A stretch of DNA of 64,000 nt from Flavobacteriales bacterium (GTDB lineage Bacteria > Bacteroidota > Bacteroidia > Palsa-965), in NCBI GenBank assembly GCA_040377305.1, contig JBEIPA010000007.1, positions 96,001-160,000 on the forward strand. The letters are read 5' to 3'. The notes beneath the pieces are model-generated. The model ran no database searches and had not been told where the DNA came from. It worked only from the letters and a program-made list of their open reading frames with translations. Below, piece by piece: positions 19,466-30,075 of this stretch; position 1 is the stretch's first letter; each line of letters begins with the position of its first letter. The translations under genes and the position numbers were made by a program.

Positions 19466-21028
19466 ATGTCAGGCAAGTCGTCCGATCAGCTTCATAAGCT
19501 CATTCATTCCCTGAACAAACAGGAAAAAAGGCACTTCAAAATCTTCGCCGGTCGACATACAATCGGCGAGCAGAATAATTACGTTGTGTTGTTTGATGCA
19601 GTGGAGCGCATGAAGGAATATGATGAAACCATATTGCTCAAAAAGTTCAGCTCCGAATTATTCATCAACAACTTCAGCATCACGAAAGGTCGCTTGTATG
19701 AAACAATTCTGCGCAGCCTTGACGTGTTTCATCACAACTCCTCTGTTGATGCGCAGCTGTGGAAAGAATTGCACTACGCAGAAATTCTCTATAAGAAAAC
19801 GTTGTACGAACAATGTGCGAAGCGTTTGAAGAGTGCACGAAAGCTTGCGGAGAAATACGAGAAGCATGCAGTGCTTGTTCAGATTCACACGTTGGAGAAA
19901 ACACTGGTGGAACAGGAGAGTTATGCCGGAATGAGTGAAGCAGATATTCTGGGCATTCTCAAAGAAGACCAGGTTGTTGCAGATCACATCAACACGTACA
20001 ACGATTTGTGGAATGTGAAGAGTCGCTTGTTCATGATGCTGAATACGAAAGGTCGTGCACGCGGAACAGAGCAGTTCGAGGAATTCAAAGCCTTGATTGA
20101 TGCATCACTCGGAAATAAGTCGCCGGAGAACTTAACGGTGTCGTCGCGCTTCATGTATCACCACACGTACAGTGCGTATTATTTTGCGGTGAGTGATGCG
20201 GAGAATTGTCATTACCATCTTGCTGCGAACGTAGCACTCATTGAGGCAAACACAGAAATATTCAGTGACGAACCAAATGTGTATTTCGGTGTATTGACGA
20301 ATCTGATTTACGTTTGTTCACGATTGAAGCGATATAGTGAAGTGCTTGTGAATCTGAATAAGCTTCGCGCGCTGCCAGAGAAACTCGACACAGCACGCAA
20401 TGAAGATCTCGAAGTGAAATTGTTTGCGAGTGCGAACAGTTTAGAGCTTGCCTTGTATAATTCCATCGGACAATTCGATAAGGCTGCTGCACTTGTCCCA
20501 AAGATTGCCGAAGGACTCGAGAAGTTTGACGGACGCATCAGCAAAATCCGTGAAGCACATTTTTGTATCAGTTGTGCGGTTGCATTGTATGGCGATGGAA
20601 AATTGCAACAATCACTTCGCTGGACATCGCGATTGCTCAACGACACAGCAGTCGGAAAAAACGAGTGGATTTTCGCAACAGCTCAGGTGTTCTCACTCAT
20701 TCTGCACATCGAACTCGATCACCGCGATTTGATTCCATATACAGCTCGCTCTGTACAACGTTATCTCAAAACACGCAATCGTTCTTTCCAATTTGAGAAT
20801 GTGTTTCTGAAATTCACGGAGAAAGTCGTGAAGAGCGGCGATGTAAACGAGATGCCGCCGTTGTATGCAGAGCTTAACAATCAGCTCGCGAAACTCGAAG
20901 AAGATCAGTTCGAAAAAACTGCCTTTGAGTATTTCGATTTTCCCGCATGGGCATCCGCAAAAGTTACCGGAAGAAATTTCAGGGATGTGATTGTGGAGAA
21001 GGCGGGAGTGACGGAGGAGCTCGGTTAA
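19466..21028 (+). CDS. Hypothetical all-helical (TPR-like) protein
   Basis: 520 aa; N-terminal LHKLIHSLNKQEKRHFK motif, helical repeats, no signal peptide. Confidence 0.85.
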   Translation: MSGKSSDQLHKLIHSLNKQEKRHFKIFAGRHTIGEQNNYVVLFDAVERMKEYDETILLKKFSSELFINNFSITKGRLYETILRSLDVFHHNSSVDAQLWKELHYAEILYKKTLYEQCAKRLKSARKLAEKYEKHAVLVQIHTLEKTLVEQESYAGMSEADILGILKEDQVVADHINTYNDLWNVKSRLFMMLNTKGRARGTEQFEEFKALIDASLGNKSPENLTVSSRFMYHHTYSAYYFAVSDAENCHYHLAANVALIEANTEIFSDEPNVYFGVLTNLIYVCSRLKRYSEVLVNLNKLRALPEKLDTARNEDLEVKLFASANSLELALYNSIGQFDKAAALVPKIAEGLEKFDGRISKIREAHFCISCAVALYGDGKLQQSLRWTSRLLNDTAVGKNEWIFATAQVFSLILHIELDHRDLIPYTARSVQRYLKTRNRSFQFENVFLKFTEKVVKSGDVNEMPPLYAELNNQLAKLEEDQFEKTAFEYFDFPAWASAKVTGRNFRDVIVEKAGVTEELG

Positions 21029-21043
21029 TCAGTGCGCAATTTT

Positions 21044-21098
21044 CAATACGCAATGCGCAGTAAGTTAGCACAGACGATTTACTGCGCATTGCGTATTG
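21044..21098. terminator. Hairpin between convergent genes, probable bidirectional terminator
   Basis: Perfect 20-bp inverted repeat CAATACGCAATGCGCAGTAA/TTACTGCGCATTGCGTATTG. Confidence 0.7.
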
Positions 21099-21106
21099 GG
21101 AATTGA

Positions 21107-22150
21107 CTATTGCGCATTGAAACTATCCCAGCCTTGTGCTTTAATCTCGTGACTTGTATTCGATTTCGAAATCAGATTCACGCCAGCACTTTTATCAGTC
21201 ATATATCCGATAACGGTGATGTCCATATTTCCTTTGATCTTTTCGAAATCGTCGGCATTGATTGTGAAGAGCAATTCATAGTCTTCTCCGCCATTGAGTG
21301 CACACGTGGTGGGATCGATTCCAAAAGTACGCGCGCGATCGTAAGTCATCGGGTCAATCGGAATTTTCTCTTCGTACAAAACAGCCCCGAGATCTGATTG
21401 CGTACAGATGTGCATGAGCTCAGAAGCAAGTCCGTCGGAAATATCAATCATCGATGTTGGTTGCAATCCTAATTCAGCAAACAGGATTGGCATATCGATA
21501 CGCGCTTCTGGTTTCAACTGGCGCTCGAGTACGTAATCATTTCCTTCGAGATCGGGTTGTGCACCAGGATGCGCTTTGAAAACTTCTTTCTCGCGTTGCA
21601 GCAACGTCAATCCCATGTATGCACCACCGAGATCGCCGGTTACGCATATGAGATCTTTCTCTTTTGCTCCGTTGCGATACGTGATTTTATCTTTTTTCCC
21701 TTCGCCGATAATTGTTGCGGAGATCGTCAATCCTGAAACAGATGAAGTTGTATCGCCACCCACTAAATCAACCTGGTAACGTTCGCAGGCAAGCAGCAAT
21801 CCCGCATACAATTCTTCGAGTGCATCAACCGGAAAACGACTCGACACTGCAATGGAAATCAGCAGCTGTTTCGGCGTCGCATTCATTGCGCAGATGTCGG
21901 AAAAATTAACGGTCGCAACTTTGTAACCGAGATGTTTCAGCGGTACGTAACTCAAATCGAAGTGAACTCCTTCGGTGAGCATGTCGGTAGAAACAACCTG
22001 CACGTTTTCTCCTTCGCCGATTACTGCGGCGTCATCACCAATTCCTTTGATACTCGACTTGTGTTTGAGTACTATATTCTCAGTAAGGTGACGAATGAGT
22101 CCGAATTCACCGATTTCGGAAATTGGTTTGCGTGCAGAATTTTCTAACAT
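21107..22150 (-). CDS. thiL: Thiamine-monophosphate kinase
   Basis: GEFGLI, GIGDDAA, NFSDICAMNA, GGDT, DISDGL, GGEDYEL; TATCTTTG box 4 nt upstream of the ATG. Confidence 0.96.
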   Translation of the reverse strand: MLENSARKPISEIGEFGLIRHLTENIVLKHKSSIKGIGDDAAVIGEGENVQVVSTDMLTEGVHFDLSYVPLKHLGYKVATVNFSDICAMNATPKQLLISIAVSSRFPVDALEELYAGLLLACERYQVDLVGGDTTSSVSGLTISATIIGEGKKDKITYRNGAKEKDLICVTGDLGGAYMGLTLLQREKEVFKAHPGAQPDLEGNDYVLERQLKPEARIDMPILFAELGLQPTSMIDISDGLASELMHICTQSDLGAVLYEEKIPIDPMTYDRARTFGIDPTTCALNGGEDYELLFTINADDFEKIKGNMDITVIGYMTDKSAGVNLISKSNTSHEIKAQGWDSFNAQ

Positions 22151-22201
22151 GGTGCAAAGATAGTCGTTGTCGACGATGCACCGAATGCCGTGAATTCAGT
22201 T

Positions 22202-25200
22202 CTAATATTTGATTAAGCGCAGCGTTTGCTGTGCAGAACCCGAGATGACATTGGCAACATAAACTCCGGATGGCCAATCTGCTGTTTCCAGGACCAGTGT
22301 GTTCTCCGTGATTTGCCGGGAAAATATTTCCTGTCCTGTAACGTCAAAAATCGTAACCTGAACAGTGTGACCGGCGATCAGGTTCAGTGTGAGCTGATCA
22401 CTGAACGGATTTGGATAAGATGCCATTACCAACACAGCACCCTGTTCTACTATTCCTACGCATGCATTCACCGTAATTACATCTGAAGCAGTATCAGCAC
22501 AACCAATGGAATCTGTGTAAACATACGTGATCGTGTGAACACCAACACCCGCTGTACCGGGACTGAAATTGGTTCCACTTACACCAGTACCGCTGAACGT
22601 GCCACCCGAAGGAGATGCGCTGGATGAAAGTGAAAGCGTTGCATCATCAACACAAACCGAATTGTTCGTAATAGCAAGAGACGCTACCGGAAGCGGATTT
22701 ACGACTGTAGTGAAGTACGCAGTGTCCATGCAGCCTGCTACACTGGTCCCAACAACAGTATGCGTAGTCGTGCTGGTGGTGAGATAACCTATTGGACTGC
22801 CCGTTATATTCAACGGCATCCAGTAATAGGTGAAAGCACCAGTTGCAGCGAGTACGGCGTATGAACCTGAACATACCGGCGATTGTCCATTTGCAGTAAC
22901 GACAGGGTTGGCGTTTACAAAAACGAAAAAGCTGTCTGAAGCAATGCATCCGTTTGAATCTGTTCCGGTAACCCAGTACTGGGTTTGTCCTACCGCAGGA
23001 AAATCGATGACGTTCGACCCGGTCAGATTTCCAGGCATCCATTCATACGTTGCTGCCCCAATTGCAGAAAAGAACACCGTATCCGTTTCGCACAGCGATC
23101 CGGTGTATGAAGCATTCACCGTTGGAAGTGCATGTACTGTAATTGCAATTGTGTCGTTGTCAACGCAGCCGTTATTATCAACGCCGTTCAAGACATACGT
23201 GGTGGAGGTTGCAGGGAATGCGAGTGTTGTATCATCGGATGGAGCACTTAATGTTGCTGGCGGAGTCCACGAGTAAAAGCTGGCTCCGGAGCCGGTTAAC
23301 GTTAATGTATCACCGTTACAGATGGACATTGCGGTTGCTGTTGCGACAACAACCGGTAGGGTATTGACGGTGACTACAACTGAATCGATACCTGTGCATC
23401 CGTTCGCATCGGTTCCGGTTACTGTGTAAGTTGAATTTGCAGTTGGTGCTACCATTAACGGAGAGCCGCTCATAGCAATTGGTTGCCAATTATAAGACAA
23501 TGCGCCGCTTGCAGAAATCTGAGTTGAATCACCTTCGCAGATTGCGGATGTAGAGACGGATGCAGTAATGGTTGCAGGCGGATGAACAGTAATGCTGATG
23601 TTTTGATCGTATGTACAACCTCCATCACCGGTAGCAGTTACCGTGAATGTTGTACTGGAAGCAGGCATCACCATCACAGAATCATTCGTAATGTTTCCCG
23701 GATTCCAAACGTAACTCAGTGCGTTGCCTGCAACAGTCAGCATGGAAGAATCGCCGGGACAAAAGGCGGTCGATGACGCAGATGCTACTGATGTGAGTCC
23801 GGTTACAACAATGGTATCAACGCCTATCGTGCAACCCTGACGCACCATCACAGTGTAAGTGCCGGGAGTGTTAAACGTTGTTGCAGCTGTTGTTGCTCCA
23901 TCGCTCCACAAAATTTCATCGTACGTTCCGGTGATGGTTAAAGCTGTTGTGGCGCTCGGACACAGCAACCAGGTGTTCCCCTGATCAATGTTTACAGAAG
24001 CCAAAGGTTGTGGAATTGTAAAATCGGCATTCACCCACTCCAGGTTATTGAGGAAGGTGAAGTTGGCCGTGAGTATTGGGTCGCCGGAAGTAAAAGTTGC
24101 ATGCACAACTGCCAGTCGGTATACACCTGCAGATGGTTCCAGGACTTCCGACGCCATCTTCGGAAGCATCATAGCGCCGTTTGTTGCACCGTTACACGAA
24201 GTGAAATCGCGAACTGCAGTCCAGTTGTGATTGACCACATCATAAGCGCGTGAAAAAAGATTCGGTGTTTGATTCGCCTGACCTGCGAGGTAAGTTGAGT
24301 TATCGCACCAACCGAAAAATACTTTCGTACCATCGGAACTGCGCGACGCCATCGGCTGCATATCCATGATAACCTGATTCGGAGCCGTTCCCCATGTACC
24401 ACGACCAGCATTGACGTTTGCAATGTCCATAGCATTGAACATGCCGTTGTGCCACGTGATGTCGTACATATGATGCCATAAGCCGAAGAATATAGCATAC
24501 GCATTGTTTCCGTTGCAGATTGTGGTCAGAAAATGTGGATCTCCATTTACGTCAACAACAAGATCGCCGTCGAATCCACAGGTCGCGAAATTTCCGGGTG
24601 TAATGTTTGAGCTTATGCAACTGAACTGCGAAATATCAACCTGCATAGGAGCGGACCAGGTATTACCTCCATCTGTTGTGCGATAAAAAACAGGATAGAA
24701 TGAAAATGCTGCTGGCCCCGGAGTAATATGGGTGAGCAGACAAATCCATCCGTATTGTCCTGTGGGATCGAATGCAATGTTAATGTCTGCGACCTGGGCC
24801 ACTCCCGAGAAAGCCGTATTAAAAGGTGTATTCAAAGTTGCGTTCGTACTCCAAACAAAATCATTACTTCCATTCCAGACACCTTTGTAAACGCGGTATC
24901 CTGTGTAGTTGGTGCCGTTAAAAATTCCATCTGTTGCCCACATTATTCCGTTGGCACCTTTGCACATGGAAGTTGGAATGTATGCCTGGGAATTGTTCGC
25001 CTGATTGTAACTCTCTGTATTTCCAGTTCCATCGAGTTTGCGTACACCACTTACATGTCCGTTGAAAGTTGAACCTACTGTCGGAGCCATGTATGATAAA
25101 TACGCATTCGTAGGGACAGTGTTTCCAACCGGATTGTAAATTGCGACCTGCGGAAATCGTGCACCGTTCGTTCCGTTTACTGAAAGTGGATTTACCACAC

Positions 25201-25468
25201 CCAGATTGTTTGACCACGTAGCTCCGTCATCCGTTGAAATGTCATAGCGTAACTGCCCGCTGTGTCCGCCAAAAACTCCTGCGTTATTTCTGTGAATGAA
25301 AACTACTGTATTGAGATCGTTGTCTACCGCAATTGCATTGGTTGAACCTTCAACATTCGTAAAGGCGTTTGAAGAAGTGCCAACTGTTGCTGTTTGAGCG
25401 CAAGGTTGTGCAGAAAGTGCGCTGGTTAAAAGCGCACAGAATACAAGAATCGTAAATGCTTTGTGCAT
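22202..25468 (-). CDS. T9SS-secreted surface protein with Asp-box N-terminal domain and Ig-like repeats
   Basis: STDDGATWS/TTDGGNTWS Asp-boxes; repeated IC.GDS...YTVTGTD.NGC units; YPNPF CTD. Confidence 0.88.
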   Translation of the reverse strand: MHKAFTILVFCALLTSALSAQPCAQTATVGTSSNAFTNVEGSTNAIAVDNDLNTVVFIHRNNAGVFGGHSGQLRYDISTDDGATWSNNLGVVNPLSVNGTNGARFPQVAIYNPVGNTVPTNAYLSYMAPTVGSTFNGHVSGVRKLDGTGNTESYNQANNSQAYIPTSMCKGANGIMWATDGIFNGTNYTGYRVYKGVWNGSNDFVWSTNATLNTPFNTAFSGVAQVADINIAFDPTGQYGWICLLTHITPGPAAFSFYPVFYRTTDGGNTWSAPMQVDISQFSCISSNITPGNFATCGFDGDLVVDVNGDPHFLTTICNGNNAYAIFFGLWHHMYDITWHNGMFNAMDIANVNAGRGTWGTAPNQVIMDMQPMASRSSDGTKVFFGWCDNSTYLAGQANQTPNLFSRAYDVVNHNWTAVRDFTSCNGATNGAMMLPKMASEVLEPSAGVYRLAVVHATFTSGDPILTANFTFLNNLEWVNADFTIPQPLASVNIDQGNTWLLCPSATTALTITGTYDEILWSDGATTAATTFNTPGTYTVMVRQGCTIGVDTIVVTGLTSVASASSTAFCPGDSSMLTVAGNALSYVWNPGNITNDSVMVMPASSTTFTVTATGDGGCTYDQNISITVHPPATITASVSTSAICEGDSTQISASGALSYNWQPIAMSGSPLMVAPTANSTYTVTGTDANGCTGIDSVVVTVNTLPVVVATATAMSICNGDTLTLTGSGASFYSWTPPATLSAPSDDTTLAFPATSTTYVLNGVDNNGCVDNDTIAITVHALPTVNASYTGSLCETDTVFFSAIGAATYEWMPGNLTGSNVIDFPAVGQTQYWVTGTDSNGCIASDSFFVFVNANPVVTANGQSPVCSGSYAVLAATGAFTYYWMPLNITGSPIGYLTTSTTTHTVVGTSVAGCMDTAYFTTVVNPLPVASLAITNNSVCVDDATLSLSSSASPSGGTFSGTGVSGTNFSPGTAGVGVHTITYVYTDSIGCADTASDVITVNACVGIVEQGAVLVMASYPNPFSDQLTLNLIAGHTVQVTIFDVTGQEIFSRQITENTLVLETADWPSGVYVANVISGSAQQTLRLIKY

Positions 25469-25603
25469 AGGTGGGGGGTTATAAGGAGTAGCAAAATTAA
25501 GAAAGTCGAGGAACAGATTATTCGTTTAATGACGATGGTGTATTGGCCCAAACCGCGAAATTCACCGAATCTTGAACTTAAAGGCTGCATCATAGTTCCG
25601 GTA

Positions 25604-25975
25604 TTAATACACTTCCGGATTCAACATCCTCGGTACTCCACATTCATAGTGTTTCACAACAATGCGAACCGGATCGCCGATTTTGAAATTGTAGTTCTTC
25701 AATGGAATTTCAAACGCACTCAAATTGATGTCGTCGAATTTCATGCTGATGGTGTCGTTGATCGTCACACTCGCAGTTGCAAAGCGTTTTACAGAATCAG
25801 AACAATTCACGTATGGATTCTGCATGTAATGATTCTTATTCTGAAACGTTCCTTCGAACACTTTCTCGTAAGTCGTATTGCAGTTGCAGTCGAATACCAC
25901 TTTGGGTTTTGTTAGGCCTTCGTCAACAGCAGTGTAGCCCAGGTAAATGATTAAAGCAAGAACGGCGAATTTCAT
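25604..25975 (-). CDS. Hypothetical membrane-anchored protein
   Basis: 123-aa ORF with an N-terminal hydrophobic segment. Confidence 0.55.
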   Translation of the reverse strand: MKFAVLALIIYLGYTAVDEGLTKPKVVFDCNCNTTYEKVFEGTFQNKNHYMQNPYVNCSDSVKRFATASVTINDTISMKFDDINLSAFEIPLKNYNFKIGDPVRIVVKHYECGVPRMLNPEVY

Positions 25976-26083
25976 AGGTCAATTTACTCTGAATTCAGCC
26001 CACTCAAAAACAACGTTTATCGACCCGATTTTCCCCTTGTCGAAACCTTGTTAATAACGCTTGCAGGAATACCTAAAACTAGG

Positions 26084-26117
26084 TACTTTTGTCCTGTATT
26101 TAGATTTGATCTAAATA
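26084..26117 (+). promoter_or_regulatory. suf promoter with an adjacent palindromic operator (Fur-like)
   Basis: TACTTTTG (26084-26091), then TATTTAGA-N5-TCTAAATA (26097-26117). Confidence 0.75.
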
Positions 26118-26148
26118 AGAATAGACTAACAATTAGCTGAAAATCAAC

Positions 26149-26475
26149 ATGATAACAGTTAGCGAAAATGCAAAGAGCCACGCGCTCGAGCTTATTAAGG
26201 CAGAAAACAAGCCTGTAGATTCATTTATCCGCGTTGGTGTGGATAGTGGAGGGTGTTCTGGCCTCTCATACAAACTTGAATTCGACAACGTATTGCGCGA
26301 AGGCGATCAGGTTTTTCAGGACAAGGGAATCAAGGTCGTGATCGATCGCAAGAGTTTTCTTTATCTCGCAGGAACCGAACTGGATTATTCAGGTGGACTG
26401 AACGGAAAAGGTTTTGTGTTTAATAATCCGAATGCATCACGCACGTGCGGTTGCGGAGAATCGTTCTCCGTTTAA
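26149..26475 (+). CDS. sufA: Fe-S cluster assembly A-type carrier
   Basis: GGCSGLSY and TCGCGESF motifs. Confidence 0.93.
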   Translation: MITVSENAKSHALELIKAENKPVDSFIRVGVDSGGCSGLSYKLEFDNVLREGDQVFQDKGIKVVIDRKSFLYLAGTELDYSGGLNGKGFVFNNPNASRTCGCGESFSV

Positions 26476-26507
26476 AGTTCTCGGTTCTCAGTTGAGAGGG
26501 ATAATAT

Positions 26508-27971
26508 ATGTCAGAAAATAAAAACGAAATATTAGAAGAGCACATCGCATCGGACTACAAGTATGGTTTCGTGTCCGATATCGATACAGAGTTTGCGCCG
26601 AAAGGTTTGAACGAAGACATCGTGCGCTTCATTTCCAATAAGAAAAATGAACCGGAGTGGATGCTCGAGTATCGCCTTAAAGCTTTTCGTCATTGGTTGA
26701 CGATGGAAGAGCCGAAACATTGGGCGCATCTCGATTATCCGTCAGTAGATCTTCAGGATATCAGCTACTATGCTGCTCCGAAGAAAAAACCAACGGTTAC
26801 GAGCATGGATGAAGTTGATCCTGAATTGGTGAAGACATTCCAGAAGCTCGGAATTTCACTCGAGGAACAAAAACGACTTGTGGGAATGGAGTCGCGCATT
26901 GCAGTTGATGCTGTAATCGACTCTGTTTCTGTGAAAACTACTTTCAAAGAAGTACTCGCTGAAAAAGGAATTATTTTTTGCTCATTCTCAGAAGCAGTAC
27001 AGGAACATCCGGAACTCATTAAGCAATACATGGGCTCTGTAGTTCCGTATACCGACAATTATTATGCTGCGCTTAATGGTGCGGTTTTCAGCGACGGATC
27101 GTTCTGTTATATTCCGAAGGGCGTTCGTTGCCCAATGGAATTGAGTACGTACTTCCGTATCAATTCAAGCGGAACTGGTCAGTTCGAAAGAACACTGATC
27201 GTAGCAGATGAAGGTGCGTATGTAAGTTACCTCGAAGGTTGCACGGCTCCTGCTCGCGATGAAAATCAATTGCATGCAGCAGTGGTAGAAATCATTGCGC
27301 AGAAAGACGGCGAAGTGAAATATTCCACGGTGCAAAACTGGTATCCCGGAGATAAAGAAGGCAAGGGCGGCATTTACAACTTCGTAACGAAGCGTGGAAT
27401 CTGCGCCGGATCAAATTCAAAAATTTCGTGGACGCAGGTTGAAACAGGATCTGCCATCACGTGGAAATATCCTTCAGTAATTCTCAAAGGAGATAATTCT
27501 GTTGGAGAATTTTACTCTGTTGCTGTTACAAACAATTATCAGCAAGCAGATACCGGCACGAAGATGTTGCACATCGGAAAAAACACGAAGAGCACAATCA
27601 TCTCGAAAGGAATTTCTGCAGGCAAGAGCAACAACAGTTACCGTGGATTAGTGCGTATTGCAAAAGGCGCGAAGAACGCACGCAACTTCTCTCAGTGCGA
27701 TTCATTGCTCATGGGCGACAAATGCGGAGCGCATACTTTCCCGTATATCGAAATTCATGATTCAACCGGAATTGTAGAACACGAAGCAACTACTTCGAAG
27801 ATTGGTGAAGATCAGTTGTTCTATTGCAATCAGCGTGGAATTAACACGGAGAAAGCAATTGGATTGATTGTGAATGGATATTGCAAAGAAGTATTGAATC
27901 AGTTACCAATGGAATTTGCTGTAGAGGCACAAAAACTTCTCGCCGTTTCCCTCGAAGGAAGTGTTGGATAA
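26508..27971 (+). CDS. sufB: Fe-S cluster assembly protein SufB
   Basis: [34 protein letters not shown]. Confidence 0.98.
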   Translation: MSENKNEILEEHIASDYKYGFVSDIDTEFAPKGLNEDIVRFISNKKNEPEWMLEYRLKAFRHWLTMEEPKHWAHLDYPSVDLQDISYYAAPKKKPTVTSMDEVDPELVKTFQKLGISLEEQKRLVGMESRIAVDAVIDSVSVKTTFKEVLAEKGIIFCSFSEAVQEHPELIKQYMGSVVPYTDNYYAALNGAVFSDGSFCYIPKGVRCPMELSTYFRINSSGTGQFERTLIVADEGAYVSYLEGCTAPARDENQLHAAVVEIIAQKDGEVKYSTVQNWYPGDKEGKGGIYNFVTKRGICAGSNSKISWTQVETGSAITWKYPSVILKGDNSVGEFYSVAVTNNYQQADTGTKMLHIGKNTKSTIISKGISAGKSNNSYRGLVRIAKGAKNARNFSQCDSLLMGDKCGAHTFPYIEIHDSTGIVEHEATTSKIGEDQLFYCNQRGINTEKAIGLIVNGYCKEVLNQLPMEFAVEAQKLLAVSLEGSVG

Positions 27972-28013
27972 AATTGCCACGAAGAATCAAAGACTTAAAG
28001 TCACACAAAGAAT

Positions 28014-28772
28014 ATGATCTCGATTAAGAATTTACATGCATCAGTAGACGGAAAAGAAATTCTCCGTGGATTGAATCTCGAAGTGAAAGCCGGCGAAGTT
28101 CACGCTATCATGGGACCTAATGGTTCCGGGAAAAGCACGCTGGCATCTGTTCTCGCAGGAAGAGAAGATTACGAAGTAACTGAAGGCGAAGTTTCTTTCG
28201 GTGGAAAAGATCTGCTCGACATGTCGGCGGAAGATCGCGCCCGCGAAGGATTGTTTCTTGCTTTTCAGTATCCGATAGAAATTCCGGGTGTGAGCAATAT
28301 CAACTTCCTGAAGACGGCGATCAATGAGATTCGCGAGTACAAAGGACTTGGTCCGATCGATCCAAAAGAGTTTTTGGCGCTCGTGAAAGAGAAACAAAAA
28401 CTTGTGGAGCTCGACGGCAAGCTTGCGAATCGTTCGGTGAACGAAGGATTCTCCGGCGGCGAGAAAAAACGCAATGAGATTTTCCAGATGGCGATGCTTG
28501 CACCGAAGCTGGCTATTCTCGACGAAACAGATTCTGGTCTGGATATCGATGCGCTTCGTATTGTTGCGAATGGAGTAAATCTTCTGCGCAACGAAGGAAG
28601 AGCGTTCATCGTAGTAACGCACTATCAGCGTTTGCTCGATTATATCGTTCCGGATTATGTACACGTTCTTTACAACGGACGCATTGTAAAATCGGGTCCG
28701 AAAGAACTTGCACTTGAGCTGGAAGAAAAAGGGTACGATTGGATTAAAGCAGAAGCAAACGTTGAGGCATGA
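28014..28772 (+). CDS. sufC: Fe-S cluster assembly ATPase SufC
   Basis: GPNGSGKST, FSGGEKKRNE, LDETDSGLDID. Confidence 0.98.
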   Translation: MISIKNLHASVDGKEILRGLNLEVKAGEVHAIMGPNGSGKSTLASVLAGREDYEVTEGEVSFGGKDLLDMSAEDRAREGLFLAFQYPIEIPGVSNINFLKTAINEIREYKGLGPIDPKEFLALVKEKQKLVELDGKLANRSVNEGFSGGEKKRNEIFQMAMLAPKLAILDETDSGLDIDALRIVANGVNLLRNEGRAFIVVTHYQRLLDYIVPDYVHVLYNGRIVKSGPKELALELEEKGYDWIKAEANVEA

Positions 28773-30070
28773 GCGCAGTGGCAGAAAAAACATTGACGTC
28801 CCGAATTCTCAGCGGCATTGAGAGTAAACTTCCTTCCTTGTACGGAGATGGTCACGCGCGTCGTGAAGCCGTAACGTATTTGCAGGAGAAGGGAATTCCA
28901 TCGAAGAAGTGGGAGGACTACAAATACATCAATCCCGAAGGACTTTTCCGCATCGGAGAATTCATGTCGAACGCACCGGTGATCCGTGAAGTAACGGAAC
29001 TCGATGTAGAACGCATGACTGTTATTCCCGGAGCGATGAAACTGGTGATTGTGAATGGAGTGTTTAATCCATCACTCAGCAAGCTAGACCGTTTGCCTGC
29101 AGGTATAACTGTAAAATCTATCGACGATGCAGTATTGTCGGACGCAGTTGCAAAAACGCACTTCGGCAAACAGGCAATCACAACGAGCGATCCATTCATC
29201 GCGTGGAATACAGCTTTGAATATTGGCGGCGTATTCGTACACATTGCAGCAAATACACAATGCGAAGTTCCGATTCACATTCTGCACATTGCAGGAAATG
29301 AAGCGGCTTCTACATGGCATCCGCGTAATCTCATTGTAGCCGATCGCGATTCTAAAGCAGAAGTGCTGGAATCGTTCGAGACAATTGGCCCTGTGAAAAC
29401 ATTGACGAATGTCGTGACAGAAGTTGTTGCCGGAATGAACGCGCATCTTGATCACTACCGCTTACAGGTGGAAGGTGAAGCGGGACATCAGGTGAACACG
29501 ACGCATGTGCTGACTCACAAGGGAAGCAATTACACAACGCATACCTATTCGCTCAGCGGTGCATGGGTACGCAACAATCTTCATATTGGATTCGCGGACC
29601 AGCATACTGAAACGTATTTGTACGGCTTGTATGTTCTTGATAAAGCACGCGTGGTTGATAATCACTCGGTGGTCGATCACTCGTTGCCGAATTGCATCAG
29701 CAACGAATTGTATAAAGGTGTGATGAGTGGAAAATCAACCGCGGTTTTCAACGGCAAGATTTTCGTTCGTCGCGACGCGCAGAAAACAAATGCGTATCAG
29801 ACCAACAGGAATATATTGTTGAGCGATGACGCAACGATCAATACCAAACCACAGTTGGAGATCTACGCCGACGATGTGAAATGTTCGCATGGAACATCAA
29901 CAGGTCGCCTGGATGAGGATGCATTGTTCTATCTGCGTGCACGTGGAATCGGTCAGACAGCTGCACGTAAATTACTTGTTCGTGCTTTCGTTGAGGAAGT
30001 GGTAGACAAAGTTCCTAACGAAGCGGTGAAAGTATATGTCGAGAATCGTCTCGACGATTTATTTGCCTGA
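28769..30070 (+). CDS. sufD: Fe-S cluster assembly protein SufD
   Basis: KPQLEIYADDVKCSHG, FYLRARGI. Confidence 0.97.
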   Translation: MSAVAEKTLTSRILSGIESKLPSLYGDGHARREAVTYLQEKGIPSKKWEDYKYINPEGLFRIGEFMSNAPVIREVTELDVERMTVIPGAMKLVIVNGVFNPSLSKLDRLPAGITVKSIDDAVLSDAVAKTHFGKQAITTSDPFIAWNTALNIGGVFVHIAANTQCEVPIHILHIAGNEAASTWHPRNLIVADRDSKAEVLESFETIGPVKTLTNVVTEVVAGMNAHLDHYRLQVEGEAGHQVNTTHVLTHKGSNYTTHTYSLSGAWVRNNLHIGFADQHTETYLYGLYVLDKARVVDNHSVVDHSLPNCISNELYKGVMSGKSTAVFNGKIFVRRDAQKTNAYQTNRNILLSDDATINTKPQLEIYADDVKCSHGTSTGRLDEDALFYLRARGIGQTAARKLLVRAFVEEVVDKVPNEAVKVYVENRLDDLFA

Positions 30071-30075
30071 AGAAT

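Noticed and set aside
28041-28793. 250-aa antisense ORF over sufC, and similar shadow ORFs elsewhere
   Set aside because: Antisense shadows of well-supported genes with no motifs
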